Positions 46,910 to 61,036 of a DNA stretch of 64,000 bases are shown in pieces; positions within the stretch are counted from its first letter, which is position 1; every line of letters starts with the position of its first letter. Under the pieces are notes generated by a model that did no database searches, was not told the origin of the DNA, and worked only from the letters and a program-made list of their open reading frames with translations. This DNA comes from Macrostomum lignano (lineage: Eukaryota): assembly GCA_002269645.1 (NCBI GenBank), contig NIVC01003533.1, positions 22,266 through 86,265 on the forward strand. Reading direction: 5' to 3'. The position numbers and the translations under genes were made by a program.

Positions 46910-47921
46910 TTTCATAATTTAACACTTGCTGACTCCACCATGACGCTGCTGCGCTGCGGCCGGGTCAACTCCCCGCTGCTCTTGCCGAGTCAATATTGTA
47001 CCTATTAACAACCTGCCGTCTGTGAAGGTAAAGAGCTGCTTCCAGGCTGTGTCGTTTAATCGCATGTCCGATCTGAGAAGGCGCAGACTGCTTTTGTACG
47101 AGCGCAGGACGAAAATTCATTCTATCTGTGTGTTGAGCTTGTTTGTCGGAAGCATATATATGCGTTATTCCTTCTGAAATACGGTATGGCAATTCGCAGT
47201 AATGGCAGGTATATATATAAATACACATTGCTAGTGGTACTAATTGTAAGTGTTCTACTTGTTCATGGCTTGACCACAAGTGAATAATTTTTTATTACCG
47301 AATATATACTGTACACTAGTAGGTCAAAGCTAGTGTTCTTTAACCATATGAGTAGGATCGGCCCCTAGCTGCCTGCATTGTTCAAGATATATGATTACCT
47401 GCTTTGAAATAATTAGGTTCTTTGGCATGGCACCATATCCTTGGATATCGATCATGCTAAGGTCTTTGGTGAACTGTAACAGTGTCATCTCTTAAATACT
47501 CGTGTTGTGCTCATATGCTAGTTGCGTGGCGAATCAACCATGCAAGGATTTCAATTGACCTTGGCTTTGGCTGGATGGGTGCATTCCCGTCCCCGGATGG
47601 AAAACTTGCAAAAACACGTTTTGTGATTAAGCAAAAAATGTAATTATGTAACAAAAGTTAAAAAAAATGTGCCGCAAAATTATATTAAAAAGTGCAGATG
47701 CGCAATAGTAAGGTAATAACTGCGCGCGTAGTAAAACAAAAATGAATACAGTAAAGCGACTTTGGCAGGAACTTGAATTTAATTTTCTAAGAAAACCATC
47801 TGTAATATTTTGCGATTTATTAAGTTGAGTTCTAAAATCATAAAGTGCGACAAGTAGAATTTTTTGCGTATGACATACCAAATAGTAGTAATACAAGGAT
47901 TCCATCTTCGGGTGCAATAGG

Positions 47922-48925
47922 CAGTGTTGGGCAAGTTACTCAAAAAAAGTAACTTGCGTTACTGTAACTTAAGTTATTTTTAAAAAGTAACTTACGTTAG
48001 CCTAGTAACTTTAGACAAAAACCTGGTAACTTTTAAGTTACTGTCCGTTACTCACTTCCGTTACCCATGTTATTAACAAAATTTTCTGCATTTTTCACAT
48101 TGCACATTTTTCACATTGTTGTTACCAAAATTTGCCATTGGGCATTGGGATTAACCGATTAACAGACAGAGACAGGAATTGGCGACACAATGTGAGGCAA
48201 GTAGAAGGACCAATGGGCAATGGCAATCAATAATTAAAATTATAAATGATAAAATAAACGAATATCAACAATTCAATAGAGTAAAATAAATAGAACTGTA
48301 TAAAATGGTGCAGTGTACTGCAGTGCCAGTGGAGGGACTTGTGGAGGCTACAGATGAATTTCTTTCTTTGGTTGTTTGTTTGAATCAAACTTGAAAATTT
48401 TTAGTAACGAAAATGAGGGCGAAAATATTTTACCGAAATTAACAAAGTAAAACAGGTTTCAAGTATTTCTTCATTAATTAAGCGCAATACCATATGATAC
48501 TATTCACTTAATTTTAAATTTAGGAATGAAAATGCAAAAATATGTGACAACCGGCGTACTAGCTAAGCATTTTAGTTTTTAATTTAAATATTGCAATTGT
48601 TGCAAAGTAACACTGTGGGCCTGAAGTCATATTACCAATTCCAGAACCAGAATTGGTTCGGAATTCCAAGAAAAACAGCAGTATAACCATTAAACTCTGT
48701 TAATATTTGACTGCCTTAACAACCTAATTTGGCACAATTTTTCACTTTCTTCTTGGCGATTTTCGTTCAATAATAAAAACTTTTAGCACGTATCTCCCTC
48801 TAGTTATGGAGACAAAAAGTTATACTTCACAAATTGGTTCTGGTTCTGGAACCAGAACAAGCAATATGAAGAGGCCCTGTATAACGGACTCCCGAAATTT
48901 AGTAAAAAAGTAACTTGCACACTAA
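47922..48925. mobile_element. Decayed non-autonomous hAT-like element
   Basis: Begins CAGTGTTGGGCAAGTTAC with clustered GTAAC/GTTAC subterminal motifs; a degenerate GTAACTTGCACAC end lies near 48911-48923. Confidence 0.45.
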
Positions 48926-49567
48926 AATGTTACACTATGGCATAACTATATTTTTAATATGATCTTAGTGAATAAATATCTGCTTGAATTATTGTCTTAC
49001 AAAAAATTCTATAGTCTAACTTTGTTTTATTACTAGAAATAAAACTAAATAGTATTGTATGGATATTCCATGTGACTATTTTGTTTTAATTTTAACAAAA
49101 TCTAGATTGCTTCTTCTTTGCTATCAAAGGAAGTGGGTTGTTATCTAATTGTCTTTTCTTGGCTTCTTGCTATAAATAAACCTTAAAAAGTTCTATGTTC
49201 TATTTGAGATTTCAAGTTTTTAATGTAATATGGTTAATATTTTTTAGAGTTATCAATTGTCAATAACTTATAGGTCATGGCTTTTAGTCCTGGCCTGGGT
49301 CATTCTCCTATTTGCAATTTTTTGTTGCCACATTGTAGCAGACTAATCTAAGCATAGTACATTCAATAATATAATATAACTATTTATTGCATACATTTTC
49401 AACAAAAAAATAAATTGCTAATCTCTAACAATATTTGATGCATATTATTGTGACCAAAAACCCTAATGAAAAAAAACATTTTTAAGAACTTGGTATGCCA
49501 GAAGGGCTGAGGAATGTTGCACACTTAAAGGGTGGCGCATAGAAGTAACAGTGTGTTGAAGGGTAGC

Positions 49568-49740
49568 ATGCTTATGCTATCCCTCTGGCTATATCAAATT
49601 GTCAAAAGCTTTCATCACCTTCACAGCATTGAGAAGCCACCAATTTGTCATGGCAGTTTTAGTTTGAGAAACATTTTAATAATGGCCAGACTGCAAGACC
49701 AAGGTGAAAAGGTGTGCAAAGTTACTGCAGTTTCTGCAAA
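49568..49740 (+). pseudogene. Protein kinase-like fragment (subdomains VIa-VIb) lacking HRD/DFG
   Basis: LWLYQIVKSFHHLHSIEKPPICHGSFSLRNILI...VCKV resembles QIAxGMxYLHS..PPIxHRDLxxRNIL...VCKxxDFG. No flanking kinase exons were seen. Confidence 0.4.
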
Positions 49741-50071
49741 TTTATGCAATAGTGTAAGCAGCTTGTTAGTTGAATTAATAAAACTTATAATACGATAAGG
49801 TAGACACCTTAGGCAAGTTGGTTATAGTAAATCTCGTGGTTTATTTAAGAAAATTAGAGAAACAGTGCAGGATTAAACTACTTATTAGCTGACGAGGCAA
49901 CTCTGTCACAGTTACTCCCGCTGTTTACCCGTGTGTCATGTTTGGCGCGCGTTGGCGGACTTCAAAAATTTATTCAGATAGTGAACAAAAATAGGCAAAT
50001 CTGAAAAGAATGGTTAAAATAATCTTTGTTTCTTAGAAATGTGGCACGAATTTTTAATTCATTTATCATTC

Positions 50072-50437
50072 ATGGCTTCAAATTCAAACAGCAACGCCTC
50101 TAACGAGGATTCGCTTGAAAACTTAGTTGGAAAATTGAAATCCAATTTAGCATCAAATGCCGATTGGTTAAAGCAGAACACGCCCGAATTTTGGCTAGCA
50201 AGCAGTGGTATGTCACGTGACCAGTTCTTGGCCGCCGTGGCCAAATGCCAGGCCGAGCAGGCTGAGGATGAGGATGACCAGCCGATTGTGGTGGAGGAGG
50301 CCGGCAAGGCTCCGGAGGAGGAGTCGCTGGACAGCCTGCTGGTTGGCCTGCGGCAGCAGATTCGCAACAACCCAGCTGTGCTAGTTGGCATGTCGGCTAA
50401 AGCTGGCAAGGCGCCGGCCAAGCAGGGACAAAAATAG
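50072..50437 (+). CDS. Small acidic protein of unknown function (~121 aa), single exon
   Basis: A GC-rich, codon-like second half in AT-rich context; an internal repeat DSLENLVGKLKSNLASN / ESLDSLLVGLRQQIRNN; an upstream TTCTTAG acceptor near 50036. An upstream ATG at 50039 is also possible. Confidence 0.55.
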   Translation: MASNSNSNASNEDSLENLVGKLKSNLASNADWLKQNTPEFWLASSGMSRDQFLAAVAKCQAEQAEDEDDQPIVVEEAGKAPEEESLDSLLVGLRQQIRNNPAVLVGMSAKAGKAPAKQGQK

Positions 50438-50599
50438 TTTTTATCGATCTTGTGCGAGCCTAAGGAGCATATCAGTGTCTTTAGTGCCCTAGTCACTTTG
50501 CATACTATGGAAAATCTGTAATTCAATTAGCTGACATTTTTATTAGAGTTGGTAGCTGCACTCCATCAAACAGTGGTCAGGGAGAGGTAGGTAACCTGC

Positions 50600-51185
50600 G
50601 GGGTAGCAACCTACGGAAATGGGATAGCAACCTACGAGATTGGGGGTAGCAACCTACGGGAATGGGCTAGCAACCTACGGGAATGGGCTAGCAACCTACG
50701 GAAATGTGATAGCAACCTACGAGATTGGGGGTAGCAACCTACGGGAATGGGGCTAGCAACCTACGGGAGAGGGGGTAGCAACCACGGGAGAGGGGAGAGG
50801 GGGTAGCAACCACAGGAGAGGGGGTAGCAACCACGGGAGAGGGGGTAGCAACCTACGGGAATGGAGTAGCAATCTATGGGAATGGAGTAGCAACCTACGG
50901 GAATGGGGTAGCAACCTACGGGAATGGGGTGGCAACCTACGGGAGAGGGGTAGCAACCACGGGAGAGGGGGTAGCAACCTATGGGAATGGGGTGGCAACC
51001 TACGGGAGAGGAGAGAGGGGGTAGCAACCTACGGGAATGGGGTGGCAACCTACGGGAGAGGGGGTAGCAACCACGGGAGAGGGGGTAGCAACCTACGGGA
51101 ATGGAGTAGCAACCTTCGGGAATGGAGTAGCAACCTTCGGGAATGGAGTAGCAACCTTCGGGAGGGGCGGGTAGCATAGCAACCT
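50600..51185. repeat. ~21-bp minisatellite (GTAGCAACCTACGGGAATGGG)
   Basis: Directly visible. Confidence 0.93.
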
Positions 51186-51842
51186 ACGAGGAGGAGTTGA
51201 GTAGCAATGAGCTTTCAGGTTCTCTACCATGGATTTAACTGAAAAGCTGGCCTAAGCTTATGCATGAATATTAATCTGGCTCGCATTCATTCTCTTGCAG
51301 ATTAGCAAGATTGTCAAGCAGCTTAATATTCCCCCATCATTAACCAGCTTTTTGTTGTCTTTGTTGCAGTGTTGCACTATAAAGCACATTTTTGACACGG
51401 TTTAGACTACTTGATTAAGTAGCCTGTAACACAGCCTACATTCTATCTGAATTTAAATGCTACTCGTACTTCTAGTATTCTAGTTCTAGTTCCCTATAAT
51501 TTCCCCGTTTTGTGGCAGTGTTGACCAATGAAACTGTCTTTTTATACTATTTTTTTGGGAATTTCAACTTTCTAGATCTGTGTGTCCACTTCCATGTAGA
51601 GTTTGTGCCACAACTCTTTTTCTACAAGTTTTTCTCTATCCAGGACTCTATTTCGCAGCACATTAGTTATTTGTTTCTAAGGAAGTATGTTTAGATAAAT
51701 AAAATGCATAGATATGTATAGCACTTGCACAGTGCTGTATCGGATTGAGTTTTGCAATTTTTGTATGCACTAAATAGTTTTTTGCAAGAGCTTGTTGAGT
51801 CTTATCATTTCTTTGTTGTTGGTCGCTAGTTCGTTGATCTAT

Positions 51843-52139
51843 CAATTGTCACTGGCAGTCAATTGTTACTGACAGTCAATTGTCACCGGCAGTCAATTGT
51901 CACTGGCAGTCAATTGTCACTGGCAGTCAATTGTCACTGACAGTTAATTATCACCGGCAGTCAATTGTCACTGGCAGTCAATTGTTACTGACAGTCAATT
52001 GTCACCGGCAGTCAATTGTCACTGACAGTCAATTGTCACCGACAGTCAATTGTCACTGACAGTCAATTGTCACCGACAGTCAATTGTCACCGGCAGTCAA
52101 TTGTCACCGGCAGTCAATTGTCACTGGCAGTCAATTGTC
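51843..52139. repeat. 17-bp minisatellite (GGCAGTCAATTGTCACT)
   Basis: Directly visible. Confidence 0.93.
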
Positions 52140-53279
52140 CGCAGAAATATTGTGTGCGATTATAAATCATTATTTTTAACTGGTATAGATTTTTTTATTT
52201 GACACAAAATGGACTATTTTTCATTAGGCCTTTCCAAACGAAGGGCGTTAATTGAAGCCAACTAGCGGTTAGTCGGGTATCAGTTGTTTTACCTAAAAAA
52301 GTTGAAGCAGACTAAAGTACTCCAACACACCCAAATCAAGGCTTGCATTCGGTTGAAATAAGGTGAGCAGGATGTTTGCATTTTCGATGCACCGCAGTGT
52401 GCAAACTTGGTTAGTCTGCTGCACACGCTGAAGCTCAATACCTGCATTTGATTGTGTGTGCCTTTCCCGAATCTGCTGTAAGGATAAAAGGCTCTAGTGT
52501 AGCTAATCTGAATACAAATATTTTCCCAAAAATATCCCGACTGCAAGCGTTCTACAGTCACGCGCGCAAAGCGTCTAGTGTAAATATGCTATGTCCCATT
52601 TGTACTATAAATACCTGCTCACCTCTTATAGCAATCAGTTGATTTTTGGAATATGGAGCCGTTTCCCAAGCGTACATTACTGAGTCAATCAATGCACGCA
52701 GGAACTATTATTCATTTTCAAGCTATCTGGTTTCATTTTTGCATCATAAAATACAGACAGATATCTTCCCTTCTGGGCTGATAATCATTAAGTCAAGGCT
52801 GAACACTCTACCTGTACTGTCAACAGAAAGCGACACCTCAACCTGATTTTATTCACCATCTAATTGCTCGTGCATGTATTTTTTATTATTAATATCCGTA
52901 GATAGATGCAAAATATCTAATTAAGTTCAGCCAAGAAGCAGGCGTCAGTCAAAAATGTACTAACAATGAGGTACAGTTTAAAATAAAGAAACTCTGTAGC
53001 AGACAGAGATCTGCTACAATACTAATAGCTAAAATGCTAGCTAGTGTGCGGTGCTCGTTCAAAGCAATAGTTTAGCAGTGCCAGCTAAGAGCAGAATGCG
53101 CTTTCATTTAGCTATTCAGCTATCTCCCCAGCTATCCGGTAACAACGTGTTCTTGTGGCGCTAAGTTTGTGCTCAAAATCGCATCGAGTAAAATAGATGT
53201 AGACGCGTATTGCCATACATGTAGTTATGTAGTTGATATTGTATAATATGTAATATTATAAGCAATAATTTCCCTCCGT

Positions 53280-53545
53280 CACCTAACTCCGCCAACAACC
53301 TCATTCCACCAACCACCTCACTCCGCCATGCAACCACCTCATTCCACCAACCACGTCATTCCACCAACCACCTCACTCCGCCAACCACCTCACTCCACCA
53401 ACCACCTCATTCCGCCAACCACCTCATTACTCCAACCACCTCACTCCGCCAACCATCTCTCGCCACCAACCACCTCGCCACCAACCACCTCACTCCGCCA
53501 ACCTCCTTACTGCGCCAACAACCTCACTCCGCCAACCACCTGACT
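53280..53545. repeat. ~18-bp C-rich minisatellite (CCAACCACCTCACTCCG)
   Basis: Directly visible. Confidence 0.88.
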
Positions 53546-53761
53546 CCACTAACTACGATCACTTTACCCACAGTCACACTCGGCTGGCACCCCTGCTTTG
53601 CTACTTTTTCCACTGTCTTCACCATCTTCCCAAGGCATTCAATTCACGATAGCAAAGCATTTAAGCAAATATCAATTTAAAGTACGGTCTTAATACAAGT
53701 TGATCAATCATTGGGCTAGTTAAATGCGATCCGCCGCCTCTAAGCAGACGGAAGTAATTGT

Positions 53762-54229
53762 TCAAATCGCGTTACCATGACGTCCAATCGGTGAGGCTTT
53801 TGCTGATGAGGTCACCTCAAACATTGACGGATTCTCCCAGCGATTTGCAACCGCGCCGCTGATGTCAACCGCGGTGACGTAGTTCCGCTTGCTGAACACG
53901 GACACGCTGGTGACTGTGTACAGCTCCTGGCGGTAGACGCGCCGCTTGGACCAGCAGAGAACCTCGCGGCAGCCGCGCCGGAAGTTGGCGTTCATGCAGG
54001 CGTACAAGACCGGCTTGGACAGGCCGGCCAGGCTGTACAGGCTCACTGACAGCACGAACGGATCGAAACCCAATGGCCTGTCGGTGGTTTCCAACGTCGC
54101 CAAAGCGGTTGCCGCGCCCGCTATGCCGACGAAGACCAGCACCAGGACTTGAGCCAGCGACATTGCCGTGAGGTCCGTCAGCGCCACTGTGGCCATCAGC
54201 TTGAATGTTTTCACTTTGGCGCGAGGTAC
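53762..54229 (-). CDS. GPR19: GPR19-like class A GPCR, exon 2 (TM6-TM7 and C-tail)
   Basis: VPRAKVKTFK...SKPVLYACMNANFRRG...LYTVTS...SKRNYV resembles GPR19 VPRTKVKTIK...SKPTLYSIYNANFRRG...AYTITT...AKKNYV. Acceptor CAAG| at 54230. Confidence 0.88.
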   Translation of the reverse strand, partial: VPRAKVKTFKLMATVALTDLTAMSLAQVLVLVFVGIAGAATALATLETTDRPLGFDPFVLSVSLYSLAGLSKPVLYACMNANFRRGCREVLCWSKRRVYRQELYTVTSVSVFSKRNYVTAVDISGAVANRWENPSMFEVTSSAKASPIGRHGNAI

Positions 54230-54589
54230 CTTGTTCAATGGGGGGTCGGGTATTTTGATTTTTTAACCTAATTTATGGACATTGAAGGGAATTCAGTGGC
54301 GATGAAGCTGTCAGGTCTGGGCTTTTGAGTGAAAGGGTAGCTTGTAGCTGAGAGAGTAGCTGACGGTAGTTTAGTAGAGCAGAGTTTACTAAACTACCGC
54401 CAGCTTGAGTTTAGCAGAGGGTAGCTCAGTAGAGCAGAGGGTAGCTCAGTAGAGCAGAGGGTAGCTCAGTAGAGCAGAGGGTAGCTCAGTAGAGCAGAGG
54501 GTAGGCTCAGTAGCGAGTATATCTTATAAGCTAGCAATGATTACCCAAAGCAATAACCAGCATCACTGAGCTCCATCCCGCGCCCCAAC

Positions 54590-55360
54590 CTGATTTGCAG
54601 TCCTCTGCAGCATCCGGCCGCCGCGCACCGAGCCCCTCGGCTGGTTGATGGTCCACAGGTAGGTCCAGACGCGGACAAAGAGCGCCAGAGTGGCGCAGGT
54701 GGGCAGCAGGAAGGCCAGCGCACTGTAGGGGCAGATGTAGGCCAGCGCCAAACCGGTTTGTCCGCCTGGCGCGCACACGAAGCGGCCGCCGCCGGGCAGG
54801 ACGGATCGCTGGCTGTAAAGCGCGGCCATTGGCGCGGCCGAGGCGACCCCGATCGAGCAGCTGGCGAATATGAGGCGCTTGGCAACCGAACGGCTAATAC
54901 GCGAGCTCAACGGACGCACAATGGCGTAGTACCTGTCAGCCTGGATGGACAGCAACAGGCAGACGTTGCAACCGAGGTGGCTGTGCAGCAGGACCCCGGC
55001 CAGACGGCAGGCGGGGTCGCCGAGCGGCCAGGACAGGCCGGCCAGGCTAACCAGCGCCATGGCCAGCGTCACCGTGAAGGCCATCGCTGAGCCGCTAAGC
55101 GCGATCACAAAATAGTTTGTGGTGCTCTGCAGCCGGCGCGAGTGCAGGATCACGTGACAGGTGACGGCGTTTCCCAGTAGGCAGACCAGGCCGCAGGCTG
55201 CGAGGATCACTATGATGAGGACTCGGGCGCCGAGTGGCAGAGCTGGAATCTGCAAGCCCAACGAAGCGGCGGTGGCAGCAGCGTCGGAATCAGCAGCAGC
55301 TGCAGTGGCAGATTCGGTAGTCGAAGACGCTGAAAGCATTGCTGACGCTGCTGTTGACAT
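54590..55360 (-). CDS. GPR19: GPR19-like class A GPCR, exon 1 (TM1-TM5)
   Basis: SRRLQSTTNYFV, W.LG..AC, LLSIQADRYYAIVRPLS..SR..AK, and YLW...LQRTANQ|V match GPR19. Donor CAG|GTTGG, phase 0. The start is taken at ATG 55360; total ~412 aa. Confidence 0.88.
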
Positions 55361-56202
55361 CTTGACTGTGGCTGGCTGCGAACTTCTTCGACTTTTGTCC
55401 TCCTGAACTGTTCGAGACCGACTGCGGAAAAGACTTGAGGCCGGCGGGCAAAAAGGGGGCTTAATGACGGCCTGCCATGCGGCTCGGGCTCGCCCGTCTT
55501 GTGTCACGCCAACCCTCCCTCATCTAGTTCTATCCCCAGCCTCCTTCCCAATAGCGACATCCCAGCTCGTGTTCGCCTCTTCTCTCTCTCTCTCTCTTCA
55601 TGCCTTGTCTCTATAGCAACGAAATCCTCGTTAATAAACCCCCCCTCTTTTAGCCAACGGGGGAAGCCATGTAGAGGCGTACAAGGGTTGGTTGCCATTC
55701 TCTCACTCTGCCTACCTGCCTCCATCCTTTGCTCCCTTCTTGTCTCTCTTCCCGGACTTGTGTCACCTGCTCGCCCGCGTTCAACACGGCTATCCTCTTC
55801 TCTCTTCCCCTGGCTCTGCTCCCCTCTCCTGGCCTCTCCCCGATTCCTTCAAAGAATTCTTATCTTTTAACTTTGTCTGCTTTTCTTACCAAGCGCCCGG
55901 TCTTCCGCCCGCCCCGTTTTGCCTGCCTTAGCTATTTCTTAGAAAATTGAGGCACTTTTCGGCCAGCAGCAACATGACTTGCTTTGTCGCTTCTTAAACT
56001 TTGGATTATAAAATAGGAAAAAGATGTTCCGAGTGAAAGAACTGCGTGTCCCCAGGGATTCGCTAGGCGCTCTTGAAGCCTGGTTGTTCCTGGGAAGCCG
56101 CAGATTTCTAAGAATAAATGAAGCAGCTAAAATGAAATTAGCTTATGCAGGAAATAATCTAAACTATATTTAAAGGCTGACCAAACATGAAGATAAACAC
56201 TA

Positions 56203-56609
<407 letters not shown>

Positions 56610-56929
56610 AACAGAATGGTGACAGATAGAAAGGCATCGGCAGCTATTTTTAATCCAGCTGCTGTCAGATCGATACTCCCGCATGTTGGCTGGCTCAGGT
56701 GCAAGGCACTTCAGTTTAAGATCGAAGAGACGGAGAGAAGGAAATGGGAAGGGAAGTTGCATGGGGAATAGTCAGGTGGCGAGCTACTCACTTTGCCACC
56801 TTAACGAGAACAGGAGTAGCAGAGATCCTTAGCAGATTTTGCCTGCCTGCCTGCATGGCTGTTAAGCAAAGAAAAAATGGCCTTCCCTGCAGTTTGCTCC
56901 AATGGGCCTGACTCGGCTGCCGTTGAGTT

Positions 56930-58045
<1,116 letters not shown>

Positions 58046-58528
58046 TTGATCGAGAAGTCAGTTAGCTGTTGAGAGGGAGACAGAGGAGTAGTGCTGTCAG
58101 ATTAGGAAGGCGGCAAACCCCAACAGAAGAGACAGCTCAGATTGCAGGTAGTCACCTTACAGGGTAACTGAGTGCTATTCGAAATGTTTTGACTGCAGCT
58201 CGGCTACATCGGGCTTGGTTGGGCGGCAACGGTCTTGTGTTTACTGGATAATAATAGGTGGGCGAGCTGAGCAACCTGACAGTGGCGCACCTGCGTCTCC
58301 CTATTGATGAGCGGCCAAGCCGAATAGGAATTGTTTCTTCTTTCATTTTCCAACCTGAAAGTGCTCAAGCGAGTCTGTAATCTAGTGTCCTTGTTGTCTT
58401 TTTTCGAATGACAGGGTGTTGCTTTTTCGCTGCTGATTAAGAACCACATGCCGCTAGACTTGGTTCCAAATGAAGTTAAATACCGCTTAAATGCTACTCA
58501 CGAGTAACATCGCCCGATAAATTCTAAT

Positions 58529-58583
58529 AGCAGCAGCTCAGTGGTAAACGCATCGGTCCCTGGTTCGATTCCATGCGCGGCCA
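58529..58583 (+). pseudogene. tRNA-derived fragment (box A and box B, anticodon arm missing)
   Basis: GCAGCTCAGTGGTAAA ... GGTTCGATTCC are too close together to form a cloverleaf. Confidence 0.45.
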
Positions 58584-59310
58584 ACTTTCAGCGGAATGGG
58601 CAGGATCGCCCATTGCTGAGCCACTTGCGAAACCAGCAATGGTCCAACTGCAGATCGTTAGTTTTAGTTTTAGCTTAGTTTAGATGGCAAATGCGCCTCA
58701 TAGATACCACATAGAAGAGAGATAGATCGAAGTTCAAGCAGATTCTAGTTTGCGTCGGAATGAATGTTGAATTTTTAGCTTTGAAGGTCTGACACCGAAG
58801 TTTGGTACACGAGACGGTGTTTGCGTCTGAATAAACTCTTCGAAAAATGCAGCAGCCCAACCATAGTGAGGTGGGTGTATAAGGACCTTCCCCAGCTTTA
58901 CTAACCTTGTGGCAAAACCACGGATATTGTCAAGGGTTTGCCTAATTGTTTAACTTACTATATTTAGCAGTACTATGCGGACGTTTGTGAAAAGCTTTTT
59001 TTGTGAGCGAGCGAGCTCTCTGTCTCTGCTGTACGAGCGTACGTAAAACCGCGCAGCAAAAAACCTGCGACACAATTTAGCGGTAAGAAAATCTCAGCCC
59101 TTTAGCAAGCTCCATTGGCTGCGCGCACAAGGAACTACGAGCGTACAGGTGTGGGTGTGAATTAGCTCGTACGCGTACTTGCATTTGTCATGCAATAGAC
59201 ATTTTCTCTCCCTCTTGAGCAGGTTTTTATATAGCGCATAATCGCATCAATTCTCGCTCCCGACAACGCCGCGCTCGTAAATAAACTTAGAACAGAAAAG
59301 AAGACTGGAG

Positions 59311-60506
59311 ATGCCATTCAAAGTCAAATTTCACATTTTCAAAGTCCTATCCATGCTTATTGCTTTCGTAAAATTAGTTCGAGTGCACTCATCTTGCTCA
59401 TCGTCATCGGTCTGGACTTCGAAACTTCAGCGACTCGACAGCTGTCCTACAGGTGCTCACGGGCGCATCTTCATCAAGCTCAAGCCAAATATTTCACTTG
59501 GCTCCAATCTGGTTGAGGTGAGCCACGGAGTGCAATTAGAGCACCTGCCTCCCTTGGACGGCAGAGTTGCCTATTTGTCCCGGACAGTCACCGGCCTGGC
59601 GCTCAACCGGACGCTGACTTCCAGGTCAGCTGCAGAGAAATACCTCTGCGTTGAGAAAGTAAACTCGTCCAGGCTAGGCGACCCGATGCCGTCCATCATA
59701 GAATTCTCACTGGAACTTCTCCTTGACGATGACTTCCCGGCGCTTGAGACTCCACCAATCCTGCACCTGTGGCGCGGCTCCCTCAACGGCTCGGAGCTGT
59801 ACCGGTTTCGCGCCGTGCCGCCGCGTGGCGCCGAGCAGTCTGAGATGCGCTTCCACCTAGCGACTGGCGCGCCCGACTGGCTCCGGCTGGACGACCGCGA
59901 CGGCCGCCTGATCCTCTCCTACAGGCCGCCCCGGACGCTCCGACCAACCTGACCTTCCGAGTGCTGGTGAGCGACCCGCTGACCTGCAACGAGTCGCCGG
60001 AGACAACCGTCCAGCTGAATCTCTACCGGATTTGGCGACAGCCGACTTTCGAGCTCGACCTGACACCGACCAAGTGCAGCGCCTTGGCCAGCGACAACCG
60101 TCTGCTGCTGGATGCTGTCCGAGCCTCTCCTGAGCTGGAGTCACCCAATGCCCAGCTAAAACTCATCAAGCTTTTCCACCAGAAAAACTTGGCCTTTATT
60201 GAAGCGTACACTGTGAAAGACAGCGGCGGAGGAATTTCTGTGCGAGCGGTGATGAGCTATCGCTGCGACTCCCGTGATGATGCCGCGAAGTCTAACTTTG
60301 CGGCGATATTCAGCGTCGCAGGTACCTCCTGCATCGTCGTTGCCTTAGTACTCGTAGCCATCTTTGTCGTCCTCTGGATAGTCGCCGCGCTGATCTTCCG
60401 GGTCATGTGCCGGCGACGCGGCTGCAAGTCTCTGGATTTTCTGCTCTGCTTCAAAGAGGAGAGAGAGCCTTCCAGCTCGGCTGCGGAGCAGACGAGTCTC
60501 GTCTGA
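59311..60506 (+). CDS. Single-pass membrane protein with a cadherin-like repeat; one frameshift near 59927-59935
   Basis: A signal-like N-terminus, then ELYRFRA...MRFHL...WLRLDDRDGRLIL. Adding one C gives PPPDAPTNLTFRVLVSD. A hydrophobic TM segment and a C-terminal SLV follow. Confidence 0.65.
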
Positions 60507-60650
60507 CTCTTATCGTTGAGGTTTGCTTAAGTTCTGTCTTCCTCTTTTTGCTAGCTTCCACTGGTTGTCCTTGAGAGTTGCTTTTTATGATTGTTATGAA
60601 AAGCTGCTTCCCAAAATGGCTTTTTTGAAGAGCTACGCTCGTATTTCCAA

Positions 60651-61036
60651 AGATGATCATTCGTGAGGAGCTGCTCCCCAAGATGATCATTCGTGAGGAG
60701 CTGCTCCTCAAGATGATCATTCGTGAGGAGCTGCTCCCCAAGATGATCATTCGTGAGGAGCTGCTCCTCAAGATGATCATTCGTGAGGAGCTGCTCCTCA
60801 AGATGATCATTCGTGAGGAGCTGCTCCCCAAGATGATCATTCGTGAGGAGCTGCTCCCCAAGATTATCATTCGTGAGGAGCTGCTCCTCAAGATGATCAT
60901 TCGTGAGGAGCTGCTCCCCAAGATGATCATTCGTGAGGAGCTGCTCCACAAGATGATCTGAAGAGCTGCTTCCCAAGATGATCATTCGTGAAGAGCTGCT
61001 TTCCAAGATGATCATTCGTGAGGAGCTGCTCCCCAA
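60651..61036. repeat. 30-bp minisatellite (AAGATGATCATTCGTGAGGAGCTGCTCCCC)
   Basis: Directly visible. Confidence 0.93.

Noticed and set aside
54400-54510. tRNA genes suggested by GTAGCTCAGT motifs
   Set aside because: A 20-bp tandem unit with no box B or cloverleaf.
60555-60650. Tyrosine-kinase C-terminal remnant (GCP.EL...KSC...FEELRSYF)
   Set aside because: It requires a stop and a frameshift over ~30 codons; the similarity is too weak to support.
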